This document shows positions 1 to 10,535 of a stretch of 64,000 bases of DNA, in pieces (position 1 is the stretch's first letter; every line of letters starts with the position of its first letter). The DNA is from Gemmatimonadota bacterium (GTDB lineage Bacteria; Gemmatimonadota; Gemmatimonadetes; Palauibacterales; KS3-K002): NCBI GenBank assembly GCA_039586795.1, contig JBDHJS010000015.1, positions 64,001 to 128,000 on the forward strand, written 5' to 3'. The position numbers were made by a program, and so were the translations under genes. The notes under the pieces are model-generated. The model ran no database searches, was not told where the DNA came from, and was given only the letters and a program-made list of their open reading frames with translations.

Positions 1-22
1 CATTCCGTGCTCAGGAGCGGAG

Positions 23-382
23 CTAGGCCTCTTCGAGGAGCCGAATCTCGTCAGGCAGATTCGGGACTACGCATAGGAACTCGAACGGCTCGTCTCCCTG
101 GGTTATGTAGTAGTGGGGTGTGCCCGCCGGGATGTACACCACGTCGCCCTTTCGCACCCGGTGGACTTCTTCCCCGATCCCGACCTCCGCTTCGCCGCGC
201 AGCACGTACTGTTCGTGCTCAACGCTGTTCGAATGCAGCGGCATGGAGCCTCCCGGCTCGATGATGAAGCGACGCATGGCGAAGTGCGGGGCTTCGTCGG
301 CCCCGATCAACACCTGTCGCCGCGTCGCGGTTCCCGCTTTGACCTCTTCCGTAGGCACGTTCGCGGCGGCTCTAATGGGCAT
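23..382 (-). CDS. Cupin-domain protein
   Basis: Cupin motifs PLHSNSVEHEQYVLRG and GDVVYIPAGTPH; start placed at MPIRAA (ORF track starts at 412). Confidence 0.85.
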   Translation of the reverse strand: MPIRAAANVPTEEVKAGTATRRQVLIGADEAPHFAMRRFIIEPGGSMPLHSNSVEHEQYVLRGEAEVGIGEEVHRVRKGDVVYIPAGTPHYYITQGDEPFEFLCVVPNLPDEIRLLEEA

Positions 383-559
383 GGCAATCGCTCCGGGTAA
401 ATGGTCACGCAACAGAGATCTTACTATGAAGTAGGGAGGGCAAGATGGAGCGGGTCCGTGTCAGTGGCAAATCGGCCACACGAAACCAGGGTCGGTCATG
501 GCTCGTACTCTTGAGCGAGGAATGGCTGTCTTATCGTCAGTATCAGGAGGGAGTGGCGA

Positions 560-1519
560 GTGGTAAATGAACCGGTCATCCGCGTGCGAGATCTCAGCAA
601 GACATACAAAGGAGTCGAGGCGCTGAAGTCTCTTGATCTCGACGTTCTTCGAAACTCGATCTTTGGTTTCTTGGGCCCGAACGGGGCCGGCAAGACAACG
701 ACGATCAAACTCTTGCTCGGGTTGGTACGACCGACGGCGGGCTCAGCGAAGGTCTTCGGACACGATATTGTCGGCGACACGATCGACGTGCGGCGACGAA
801 TCGGGTATTTGCCACAGGAACCCCGCTATTACGAGCACATGAGCGCCCGGGAGACTCTGCGTTTTACGGCGCGATTCTTTTACCAGGGTCCGGCTCCGGC
901 GATCGAGAAACGAGTCGACGAAACGTTGGAGCTGGTAGGCCTTTCCGACAAAGCGGATCGTCCCATCAAAGGCTTCTCTTCCGGCGAACGGCAGCGACTG
1001 GGAATCGGTCAGGCACAGGTCAGTGACCCCGATCTATTGATCCTTGACGAGCCCGCGGCTTCTCTCGATCCGATGGGTCGGCGCGACGTGCTCGAGATCA
1101 TGGAGCGCCTGCGCGAGAAAGCCACCGTGTTCTACTCGACGCACATCCTCGACGACGTTGAGCGGGTCAGCGACACCGTAGCGATACTCGACAGCGGGGA
1201 GCTGGTTGCGTGTGCGCCGATCGAGGAACTGCTGGTGGGTAGCGACGGGATCGTCTATACGATCGATGTGGTCGGCGATGGAAAAAGCGCTGCCAACCGA
1301 GTGGCGGCTGAGCCGTGGGTCTCGGATGTTCAAATCTCACGTGACGGCGACCGCTCGCACTGGACGGTGAGCGTCACGGATGCCGAGGCCGCCGAGGCGC
1401 GACTTCTGCGCCTGTTGCTCGCCGACGAGCATCTCGCCGTCAGCGCCTTCGGCCGCAAGACCTACGAACTGGAAGAAGTGTTCATGAACCTGGTAGAGGA
1501 GAACGGAAATGGCCGCTAG
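560..1519 (+). CDS. ABC transporter ATP-binding protein (ABC-2/multidrug type)
   Basis: Walker A GPNGAGKTT, signature FSSGERQR, Walker B LLILDEP, H-loop STH. Confidence 0.95.
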   Translation: MVNEPVIRVRDLSKTYKGVEALKSLDLDVLRNSIFGFLGPNGAGKTTTIKLLLGLVRPTAGSAKVFGHDIVGDTIDVRRRIGYLPQEPRYYEHMSARETLRFTARFFYQGPAPAIEKRVDETLELVGLSDKADRPIKGFSSGERQRLGIGQAQVSDPDLLILDEPAASLDPMGRRDVLEIMERLREKATVFYSTHILDDVERVSDTVAILDSGELVACAPIEELLVGSDGIVYTIDVVGDGKSAANRVAAEPWVSDVQISRDGDRSHWTVSVTDAEAAEARLLRLLLADEHLAVSAFGRKTYELEEVFMNLVEENGNGR

Positions 1520-2294
1520 CATTCCGCTGCAGCCGGTCGAGAAGAGCGGGTGGCTGGTCGGTTTTGGCAACATGCTGGACAAGGAGTACGGGTCCTGGTG
1601 GCGAACGAGGCGCGCCCTGGTTCATCACATCCTCTGGTTCTGCGTGATCAACGGGTTCCTGTTCTTGGTCGGCGTCGATGAGGGGCGTCGCAATCCCTTC
1701 TATGCTATCGACGAGCTGATCCAGGTGTTCTTCCAGGTCGGAGGTCTCTTCGCGACAATCGGGATTATCGTGGTCACTCAGAGCGCCGTCTTCGGCGAAC
1801 GCCAACTGGGCACGGCCGAGTGGGTCTTGTCAAAACCGGTGACCCGTGAGGCCTTCTTGCTGTCGAAGTTCATCGTTAACGGCCTCTCCTTTCTCTTCCT
1901 CGCCATCGCCATACCGTCGGTTGTCTTCTTCCTGCAATCGCTTCTTCACACAAACCTGCAGCCCGACCTCGGGCCATTTCTGGTCGGCCTGGCTATCCTG
2001 ACTCAGCATTTGATCTTCTACCTCGCGCTCACCATTGCCCTGGGCACCTTCATGCGATCCCGTGGGCCGGTCTCGGGCGCCGGTATCGGCCTGCTGTTCG
2101 CGGGGCTCATCCTGCCCAACTTCTTCCCGTGGCTGATCGAGTTCACTCCGTTCGGGCTGCTCAGTTTCGCCGGTCAGGTGGCACGTGAGCGACCGCTCCC
2201 GCCTTGGGTCTGGCAGCCGATCCTGCACACCGCCCTGTGGACACTACTGGCCGTGCTGGTCGCGCTATGGCGGTTCGATCGGGAGGAGTTCTGA
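1509..2294 (+). CDS. ABC-2 type transporter permease
   Basis: About 6 TM helices, GERQLGTAEWVLSKPVTR motif; overlaps the ATPase stop. Confidence 0.9.
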   Translation: MAASIPLQPVEKSGWLVGFGNMLDKEYGSWWRTRRALVHHILWFCVINGFLFLVGVDEGRRNPFYAIDELIQVFFQVGGLFATIGIIVVTQSAVFGERQLGTAEWVLSKPVTREAFLLSKFIVNGLSFLFLAIAIPSVVFFLQSLLHTNLQPDLGPFLVGLAILTQHLIFYLALTIALGTFMRSRGPVSGAGIGLLFAGLILPNFFPWLIEFTPFGLLSFAGQVARERPLPPWVWQPILHTALWTLLAVLVALWRFDREEF

Positions 2295-2520
2295 GAGTCG
2301 AGCCAACGCCTCTGGGCAGCTAACCGGGCAAGGCGCGCGTCTGATACATCTGGTAGCCGTATTGGGGGCGGGCCACGAGGTCAGCGATGGCTGAAACCTC
2401 AGGCCCCTATCTCTCCGTATTGCTTCAATGTGAAGCCCGCCGGGTCGGTGGGAACTGCCGGTCGGGCTCCTTAGTTGTAGGACAGTCAAGACCCGAGTTG
2501 CAAGACCCAATTTGTATTAC

Positions 2521-2548
2521 TATTGTCCTAGAGATGTCATGGACAATA
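2521..2548. promoter_or_regulatory. Inverted repeat TATTGTCC-N12-GGACAATA, putative operator upstream of the RND operon
   Basis: Perfect 8-bp inverted repeat in an AT-rich patch about 45 nt upstream of the adaptor start codon. Confidence 0.55.
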
Positions 2549-2594
2549 ATTGAACGGTGAACGAGGCTGATCCCCGTACTGAAGGGCTACGGAT

Positions 2595-3833
2595 ATGAAA
2601 AAGAGCACGGTTCTTAGGGCAGCGGCCGTACCGGCGATACTGGCGGTGGGGTTTGTGGCGATGAGCGCGTTGGGCTCGACGGAGCGCCAGAGCAATCGCC
2701 GGGAGGTGAAGCCGGAGGCGCGGGCGGTGGAGACGGAGTTGCTGGCGTTCGGCGACATAACCCTGCAGGTGGAGGGCGACGGCGTGGTGGAATCAGAGCG
2801 GACGCTGGAGATCGTCGCGGAGGCTAGCGGCCGGGTCTTGTTCGCAAAGAACGACCTGAAGGACGGCACGTTTGTAAGTGTTGGCGAGCTCGTGCTGCAG
2901 ATCGATTCGCGGGATGTGGAGAACGACCTGTACGCGTTGCGGTCGGACTTCCTGAACGCGGTCGCGTCTGTGCTTCCGGAATTGCAGCTGGACGATGCGC
3001 GAATCTACAAGCGTTGGTTCGACTATTTCCGCAGCCTGGACATCAACTCGTCGGTCCCGGAGCTACCGGAGATCACGAATCCGCAAGAGAAGATCAAGGT
3101 CAGCTCGAAGGACATCATCGGGAAGTACTACGCGGTGAGGAACCAGGAGATCTTGCTTTCGAAGCACTCGATTCGGGCGCCGTTCGACGGTTTCATCAGT
3201 TCGAACGGTGTGATCGAGAACAGCTTCGTTTCTACGGGTCAGCACTTGTTCACGTTGGCGGACCCGAAGAACCTCGTGGTAACGGTGCCGTTGCTGGTAG
3301 GAGAGAGCCAGTCGATCGACTTCTCGGCGGTGCCCCGGGTAGCTGTATTTGCGGATGAGGGCAGCGACGAGGTGACTTACGGTCGAGTCACGCGAAAGCA
3401 GACGATGGTCGACCGCAACTCTCAGACACTAAACGTCTACGTTACGTTCAAGAACAACAACCTGAATCCACATTTCCTGCCGGGCAGCTACGTGCATGTG
3501 AGCATCGACGGACGGGTGTTACACGACGTAGCGCCGGTACGTCGGCATTTGTTGGATGCGGGCGACCAAGTGTACACGATGAAGGACGGTACTCTGGGTC
3601 GTCAGCAGCTGGAGGTTGTGGCCTATCAAGGCGACCTCGCGATCGTTCGGAACAGCTTTGCGGATGAGACCGCGATCGTAACGACGATCTTGCAGAAGCC
3701 GCTGGTGGGGATGGATATCCGCTCCATCAACATGCCCGAGTTAAATCCCGAAAGCGAGCTAGCGGAAGACGAGGCAGAGTCGGGGTTAGCTGAGAAGGGT
3801 GCCGCGAGTGAGACGGTAGCCGCGGGTGGCTGA
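2595..3833 (+). CDS. RND efflux periplasmic adaptor (membrane fusion protein)
   Basis: N-terminal anchor, lipoyl half-motifs (AEASGRV...G..V..GELVLQID; IRAPFDG); directly upstream of the RND permease. Confidence 0.9.
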   Translation: MKKSTVLRAAAVPAILAVGFVAMSALGSTERQSNRREVKPEARAVETELLAFGDITLQVEGDGVVESERTLEIVAEASGRVLFAKNDLKDGTFVSVGELVLQIDSRDVENDLYALRSDFLNAVASVLPELQLDDARIYKRWFDYFRSLDINSSVPELPEITNPQEKIKVSSKDIIGKYYAVRNQEILLSKHSIRAPFDGFISSNGVIENSFVSTGQHLFTLADPKNLVVTVPLLVGESQSIDFSAVPRVAVFADEGSDEVTYGRVTRKQTMVDRNSQTLNVYVTFKNNNLNPHFLPGSYVHVSIDGRVLHDVAPVRRHLLDAGDQVYTMKDGTLGRQQLEVVAYQGDLAIVRNSFADETAIVTTILQKPLVGMDIRSINMPELNPESELAEDEAESGLAEKGAASETVAAGG

Positions 3834-3881
3834 TAGCTCTGAGCGCGAGACGCAATCTCTAGATAGATAGGTGCCGGCAAG

Positions 3882-6800
3882 ATGCGAAACGTCATCAATT
3901 ATTTCATAAAGCACTCGGTTGTTACGAACTGGGTGATGCTAGCGGTAATGCTGGCGGGTGTATTCGCCCTCTTCAATCTCGAACGTCGTCTATCGCCGAA
4001 GCTCGAGATCGAAGAAGTAAACGTCAACGTGGCCTATCCCGGGGCGTCGGCGGTCGAGGTCGAGGAAGGTATAACGATCAAGATCGAAGAGGCACTGCGG
4101 GGCATCGAGGGGATCCAGCGGGTCTACTCCTGGTCGTCGGAGAGCTTCGCCTCGCTGAACGTCGAGATCAGGCCCGGCTACGACATGAACAAGGCGCTCC
4201 AGAACATCAGGAACGCCGTCAACTCGATCAATTCATATCCGACCGGGGCTGAGATACCCGTCGTCTTCCAGCAGCCGATGTGGAATCGAGCCGTGATGCT
4301 GAGCATATACGGCCCAGAGGACCTGTACGCGCTGAAACGGATCGTTGAGGAGTTCCGGGATGAGCTGCTGGCGACGGGCGAGATCTCTGAAGTACGGTGG
4401 TGGGGACTACCGGTGCGCGAGATTACGATCGAGGTTTCTCCGAAGAACCTGCGGCGCTACAAACTGACGGTTGGCGATATCGCCCAAGCGGTGCGCAACT
4501 CGAACCTGAACATCTCATCGGGCTCGGTTCTGACCGATCAGGAAGAGATCCTGATTCGCTCGTACAATCGGAAGTACGAGGCGGTAGACTTCCAGAACAT
4601 CGAGGTCGTGTCGTCGATTGATGGCACGCGCATTCGGCTGGTCGACATCGCGGATGTCCAGGAGCAGTGGCCCGAGAACCTGTTCTACGCGGAGTACAAC
4701 GGGCGCCCATCGGTCGGCTTCAACGTGATGTACAACAACACCGAGGACGTGATCGAGATCACGAAGATCACGGAGAACCTCGCGGCCGAATACGAAGCAC
4801 GGTACGCTGGGCTGGTCCAATTCAACACGTTCATCAAAGACACGGATGAGCTGGAGGAGCGGTTGTCCCTGATGACGATGAACGGGATGATCGGCCTGAT
4901 TCTCGTGCTCACGTTGTTGGGTGTCTTCCTGAACGTGCGGCTCTCTTTCTGGGTGGCGCTTGGTATTCCATTCTCGCTACTCGGGATGTTCTTCGTCCTA
5001 TGGCTTCTCGACATCACGATCAACGAAATGAGCCTTTTCGGGATCATTATGGTGATCGGGATCCTGGTGGACGACGGGATTATCATCGGGGAGAGCATCT
5101 ACTCGCAGTACGAGAAGTACGGGAAGAAACCGGTACAGGCGGCTATCGATGGGACGATGGACGTCATCAAACCGGTGACGATCTCGATTGTGACCACGAT
5201 GGTCGCGTTCATACCGTATTTCTACTTCTATGGCATGCTGGGCAAATACGTCTGGCAGATCGCTGCGGTGATGATCATCGCCCTCGCTTTCTCGCTGATC
5301 GAGGCGTTCATCATCCTGCCGGCGCACCTCTCACATTCGCGGGCGCTGGAGGATCGGCCGGACGCCAAGAAATTCCTCTCCGGAATCAGGGACAAGACCG
5401 ACGCCGCGTTGCAGGGCCTGATCACCAAGGTGTACAGCCCGGTCCTGAGGTTCTGCCTGGCAAACCGGTGGTCGGTCACCGCAGTGATGATCGCCGTGAT
5501 CATGGTGATCGCCGGGATGTTTCAGGGGCAGTACGTGAAGGCTCAGTTCTTTCCGCAGATCGAGCCACCGTACGCCCGAATGCAGATCGAGGTGCCAGCG
5601 GGTACTTCATCCGAGGTTGCGGACGCTATCCGGACCGATTTGATCGCAAAGGCTCTGAAGTTTGCCGACGAGTGGGATCATCCTGGGGTCGGTGAGGCCA
5701 AGCCGATCAAGGACTACACGTCGTGGATGAATGGCGGAACGATCAACGTATTCTTCGTCTTGCCTTCGGCCGCCGTGCGGGAGTTCGAGGTGGGAGAGTT
5801 CTCCGACGCGCTGGCCGAGTACATCGGCGAGGTGCCGGAGGCTGAAAACGTGATCGTTGGCGGCTTCTCATTCGGTGGCACGCCGATCTCGGTTCGTTTT
5901 CAGAGCAGCGACTACCAGCAGCTCATACAGGCCAAGGAACTGCTCAAGGATGAGCTGAGGCTGATCGCCGGAGTCAAAGACATCCGCGACGACACACCGG
6001 CCGGGAACAACGAATTCGTGGTGACCCTGAAGCCGAAGGGTCAGGCGCTAGGCCTCACGGTGCGCGACCTGACGACTCAGCTCCGCCAGGGGTTCTACGG
6101 CGACGAGGTGATGAGGCTGCAGAAGGGTCGTGACGAGGTGAAGGTTTGGGTTCGCTTCCCGAAAGAGGACAGAGTATCGATCGCTCAGATCGAGAACCTG
6201 AAAGTGCGGACGCCATCCGGTGATTACGTGTCGTTCAAGGAAGTTGCCGAGTATCGGATCGAACGCGGCATGCGGAGGATCCGTCACGACAACGGGATGC
6301 GGGCCGTCACCGTCTACGCCGATCTTGACTACTCGCAGAACGACCTCAACGTCGTGCTCTCCGAAGTCAACGGCGAAGTCGTGCCGCGAGTCCTGGCGCA
6401 GGTCGACGGCGTCCAGCGGGCGGTGGGCAGCGGTCAGCAGGAAGAGGTCACCAAGATGGTGAACTCGATGACGTACACCATGACTCTGGCGTTGGTCGTG
6501 ATGTTCACGATTCTGCTGTTCCTGCTGAAGTCGCCGATCCAAACCCTTCTGATCATGGGTCTGATACCGGCGGGTGTGATTGGCGCTGTCTTCGGTCACT
6601 TCGTGATTGGAATTCCGGTGTCGATCCTGTCGTTCTTGGGTATAGTGGCGCTGGCGGGGATCATCGTTAACGACTCGGTGGTGCTGGTCGACCGATATAA
6701 CAAGATGATCGCCCGCGGTGTGGAAGTAGGAGAGGCGCTCTACGAGGCGGCGATGTCCCGCTTCCGACCCATCGTGCTGACCACCATCACCACCGCCGGT

Positions 6801-7010
6801 GGGCTGGCGCCGATCATCTTGATGCGCAGCGAACAGGGACAGTTCCTTGTCCCGATGGCGATATCGGTGGCGGCGGGCCTGGTCTTCGGTACTTTCCTGA
6901 CCCTGCTGCTGCTACCGTCCGCGCTTTATGTGGTGAGTGACTTGCGGGTGTTGCTGCGTCGGAAGAAATCCCGGCAAGAGCTGGAGCCGGCGTACACGTC
7001 GGGAGACTGA
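3882..7010 (+). CDS. RND efflux permease (AcrB/AcrD/AcrF family)
   Basis: 1042 aa; YPGASAVEVE, GILVDDGII, GIIVNDSVVLVD and RFRPIVLTT motifs. Confidence 0.95.
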   Translation: MRNVINYFIKHSVVTNWVMLAVMLAGVFALFNLERRLSPKLEIEEVNVNVAYPGASAVEVEEGITIKIEEALRGIEGIQRVYSWSSESFASLNVEIRPGYDMNKALQNIRNAVNSINSYPTGAEIPVVFQQPMWNRAVMLSIYGPEDLYALKRIVEEFRDELLATGEISEVRWWGLPVREITIEVSPKNLRRYKLTVGDIAQAVRNSNLNISSGSVLTDQEEILIRSYNRKYEAVDFQNIEVVSSIDGTRIRLVDIADVQEQWPENLFYAEYNGRPSVGFNVMYNNTEDVIEITKITENLAAEYEARYAGLVQFNTFIKDTDELEERLSLMTMNGMIGLILVLTLLGVFLNVRLSFWVALGIPFSLLGMFFVLWLLDITINEMSLFGIIMVIGILVDDGIIIGESIYSQYEKYGKKPVQAAIDGTMDVIKPVTISIVTTMVAFIPYFYFYGMLGKYVWQIAAVMIIALAFSLIEAFIILPAHLSHSRALEDRPDAKKFLSGIRDKTDAALQGLITKVYSPVLRFCLANRWSVTAVMIAVIMVIAGMFQGQYVKAQFFPQIEPPYARMQIEVPAGTSSEVADAIRTDLIAKALKFADEWDHPGVGEAKPIKDYTSWMNGGTINVFFVLPSAAVREFEVGEFSDALAEYIGEVPEAENVIVGGFSFGGTPISVRFQSSDYQQLIQAKELLKDELRLIAGVKDIRDDTPAGNNEFVVTLKPKGQALGLTVRDLTTQLRQGFYGDEVMRLQKGRDEVKVWVRFPKEDRVSIAQIENLKVRTPSGDYVSFKEVAEYRIERGMRRIRHDNGMRAVTVYADLDYSQNDLNVVLSEVNGEVVPRVLAQVDGVQRAVGSGQQEEVTKMVNSMTYTMTLALVVMFTILLFLLKSPIQTLLIMGLIPAGVIGAVFGHFVIGIPVSILSFLGIVALAGIIVNDSVVLVDRYNKMIARGVEVGEALYEAAMSRFRPIVLTTITTAGGLAPIILMRSEQGQFLVPMAISVAAGLVFGTFLTLLLLPSALYVVSDLRVLLRRKKSRQELEPAYTSGD

Positions 7011-7015
7011 CGTTG

Positions 7016-7185
7016 ATGGAAAGTGGACAGTGGACAGTGGACGGTGGATGGTAGACGGTAGACGGTAGACAAGTAGACGGTGGAAAAGTAGAAGAGGCCA
7101 GTGACTGGAAAGGTCTATGCCCGTCCGTCAGTTGGCCTCTTCTTCTACGGTCAACCTGTCTACTATCTACCGTCCACCGTCTACC
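7016..7185. repeat. Fold-back element with heptamer tandem-repeat arms (GTRGACR)n ... (YGTCYAC)n
   Basis: About 11 degenerate heptamers on the left and about 6 inverted copies on the right; inner stem AGAAGAGGCCA/TGGCCTCTTCT; lies between convergent genes. Confidence 0.85.
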
Positions 7186-7624
7186 TAATCTGATCCAGCG
7201 CTCGCTCGCCTCCCCATTTCTCAACGATGATGTCGTCGTAGTCGTCGGCGGTACGGGCCACGTGGATGACGGAGGACTCGAGTTCTTTCTGGTCGCAAGT
7301 CGATCCCACGATGGTGTGCTCGAAGATGACATCGCCCTCGTCATCGATTCCAAACGCCCCGAAGCGCATGCCCACATTCTCATGCAAGAGGTAATGCATC
7401 AGCTCTGGCGTGAGCTGGACGTCTGTGACTACGTAGGAGCGCGTGGTGATCACTGCGTCGTGTTCGCCCCAGGGGAAGATTCCAATCTGGGCAAAAGCTG
7501 AACCGTACATCACGCCGATGACCGGAGAATCCGGCTTTCGGAGAACCGATCCTCCGAAAAGCTCTGTGACCCAGGGCAGCACCCTTTCGTAGATCTCTTG
7601 CTGAGGCTTCGTGTCGAACTGCAT
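7181..7624 (-). CDS. YbjN-like / T3SS chaperone-fold protein
   Basis: ELMHYLLHEN..MRFGAFGIDDEGDVIFEHTI pattern; GAGAGGA RBS before MQFDTK. Confidence 0.75.
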   Translation of the reverse strand: MQFDTKPQQEIYERVLPWVTELFGGSVLRKPDSPVIGVMYGSAFAQIGIFPWGEHDAVITTRSYVVTDVQLTPELMHYLLHENVGMRFGAFGIDDEGDVIFEHTIVGSTCDQKELESSVIHVARTADDYDDIIVEKWGGERALDQIR

Positions 7625-7940
7625 TTGAAACGTCCTCTCGTGCAGCGACGAAACTGCGATGGAGCTGGGCAGCGGCGCCACGGTGGTTCGCAACCGACAG
7701 GCTCTGTTTCGGATTGATGAACCACAACGATGGGCAGTGAACAGAGGCCGGGCAAGGCGTGTGGGAGCGATCCCGGAGCCGGGTCCGGCGTCGGCGAGGC
7801 GGCGGTGGTGTAACCAGCGACGTAAATATCTGAGCGACAGTAACTTACGATGATCTGGCGTGCGTCAGACTTGGCGCCTAGTTTGTGGGCCACCCAACCG
7901 TCAGCCGAATTGAGCAACTCGAACGGACAGGGAGTTGGCT

Positions 7941-10413
7941 ATGCGACGTGGATTGTCAGCAGCGATCGTATTGCTGGCCGTTGTGGCGATGAGTGCTTGC
8001 GCGAAGGGCCAGGCGCAAACTCAGCCTTCGCCACAAGCTCGGCCGGGGCAGAACAACAACCAGAAGCCGAAGGTCAAACCGTACAGCGAGGTGATCACGT
8101 CCGCCGCGGTGACCGACGAGGGGTTATTCGCGGTCCACAAGGTGGAGGACAAGTGGTATTACGAGATCCCGCTGGAGTTGCTCGATCGAGAGATGCTGCT
8201 CGTGTCGCGGCGAGCGCGTACGGCGCAGAACATCGGCTATGGCGGTGAGAAGAACAACACGCAGACGGTCAGGTGGCAGAGGCATGACAACAAGGTGTTG
8301 CTGCGTCTGGTGGGCTACACGAACGTGGCAGCCGACTCGCTGCCGATCTATGAGGCGGTAGTCAACTCCAACTTTGAACCGATCGTGAAGTCCTTTGACA
8401 TAGCGACGTTCAAGGTGGATTCGGCGGGGACGGATACGGCGACTACGGTGATCGATGTGACCGAGCTGTTCACGACCGATGTACCTGTGTTGGGACTGAG
8501 CAGCTTCAACCGCGAGCGATTCAGGGTGCGTAACCTGGACCGTAGCCGCACGTTCATTAATTGGGTGAAGAGCTTTCCTGAAAACATCGAAGCTCGGGTG
8601 ATTCTGACCTACAACGCGTCGCAGCCGCCATCCAACTCATCGTCAGGATCCATCTCGCTGGAGATGAACCACTCGATGGTCTTGCTGCCGGAGAACCCGA
8701 TGGAGCCGCGCATCTGGGATGAGCGTGTCGGATTCTTCAGTCTACAGCAGGTGGACTATGGACTTAGCGACCACAAGGTAGTGACGAGACGGTACATAAC
8801 GCGCTGGCGTCTGGAACCTAGCGACACGGCGGCATTCCGGCGCGGTGAGTTGGTGGACCCGGTCAAGCCGATCGTCTACTACATCGATGCGGCTACCCCG
8901 GAGAAATGGCGACCCTATCTAAAACAGGGTGTCGAAGACTGGAATGTTGCGTTTGCTGAAGCTGGCTTCAGCAACGCGATTATCGCCAGAGACGCGCCGA
9001 CGCCGGAGGAGGACCCGGAGTTCAGTCCTGAGGACGTTCGCTACTCGGTGATTCGCTGGTTCTCATCGCAGGTGCAGAACGCCTATGGCCCGCACGTCCG
9101 GAGAGATCCTGGAGAGCGATATCGGCTGGTTCCACAACGTGATCAACCTGCTTCGCAACTGGTACTTCATCCAGACAGCGGCGGCGAACCCAGAAGCGCG
9201 TCGCGTGATGTTCGACGACGAAGTGATGGGTGAACTCATCCGTTTCGTGGCGGCTCACGAAGTGGGTCATACACTGGGCTTGCCGCACAACATGAAGGCG
9301 AGCTCGGCCTACCCGGTGGATTCACTGCGCTCGGCCAGCTTCACTTGCAGCATGGGTACGGCGCCGTCGATCATGGACTATGCTCGTTTCAACTACGTGG
9401 CACAGCCGGAGGATGAGGGCGTTTGCTTCATGCCGGGGATCGGCCCGTACGACAAGTACTCGGTCATGTGGGGCTACAAACCGATCATCGGCGAGTCGCC
9501 GGACGAGGAGCGTGTCACGCTCGATAGCTGGGTGCTGGAGCACTACGGTGACCCAGTATACTACTACGGCGGGTCCAGCGCCGTCGATCCGACCTCGCTG
9601 ACCGAAGCGATCGGCGATGACGCGATGCGAGCCAGCGAGTACGGTATAGAGAACCTGAAGCGAATCGTTCCCAACCTGGTCGAGTGGACCTACCAGGAAC
9701 GAGAGGACTATGGCGAGCTTCAGGAGCTCTATGGCCAGGTGCTCGGCCAGTGGAACCGCTACATGGGTCACGTGGCGGCGGTGGTAGGCGGAGTCGAACA
9801 GGTTCGCAAGACGTACGACCAGGATGGCGCGGTATATACGTTCGTCGACAAGGAAACTCAGCAGCGCGCCATGCAATTCTTCAACGAACAGGCGTTCACG
9901 CCGCCGACTTGGATGATCAACGAGGACATTCTGGGTCGTATCGAGAACGTCGGCACAGTCGAGCGGATGCGTTCTGTGCAGGTGCGCGTGGTCAACATGG
10001 TGCTCGACCCTGGCCGTATGCAGCGCCTGATCGAGAACGAGGCGCGGAATGGGAGCAGCGCTTATACGCTGGGCGAGATGCTTACCGACACGCGGGAGTA
10101 CGTGTGGGGCGAGGTAACGCGCAGTCGAAACATAAACGTGTATCGCCGCAACCTGCAGCGCGGATACCTGGAGCGGATGGAATGGCTGATGACGGAGGAG
10201 CCGCCGCCGATCACGAACCCGTTCTTCCTTGCGTTCATCACTAGCGTTAACGTGTCCCAGTCGGACATTCGGCCCTACGTTCGTGGCGAGCTGGAGATAC
10301 TCAAGCGGGACATCAACAGGGCGCTCAATCGTGGTGGATTGAATCGGGCGACGGCCCTCCATCTACGTGATGCCGTCGTGTCGATTGACAGGATCCTGGA
10401 TCCCGAAGACTAG
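7941..10413 (+). pseudogene. Zinc-dependent metalloprotease (EcxA-like, DUF5117/DUF5118/DUF4953 architecture), frameshifted near 9096
   Basis: ORF 7935-9233 gives the lipoprotein-like N-half to NAYGPHV; ORF 9085-10413 resumes at SGEILESDI and carries AHEVGHTLGLPHN and the SIMDY Met-turn; the expected DPR between them is missing. Confidence 0.85.
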
Positions 10414-10436
10414 GATGGAGTCCACGATCTGTTGCG

Positions 10437-10470
10437 CGAGGCCCGGCGATGACCGGGCCTCGTTGCTTAT
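10437..10470 (+). terminator. Hairpin terminator
   Basis: CGAGGCCCGG-N6-CCGGGCCTCG followed by TTGCTTAT, after the protease stop. Confidence 0.55.
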
Positions 10471-10535
10471 CAGAGGCATAGTGAGCGACGAGTGGAACGA
10501 TCCGGATGGTAATGATCTGATGCAAAGGGGGCCGC

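Noticed and set aside
7016..7185. Possible CRISPR array
   Set aside because: Repeats are 7-nt tandem units without spacers; no cas genes in the window
9085..9233. Programmed ribosomal frameshift or two genuine separate genes
   Set aside because: No slippery sequence, conserved residues are missing at the junction, and the overlapping tail of the first ORF looks like out-of-frame sequence
9322..10362. Long antisense ORFs (also 18857-19714, 26346-27377, 37842-38621, 43356-44393, 46604-47611 and others)
   Set aside because: Shadow frames of well-supported genes in GC-rich DNA, with no protein motifs
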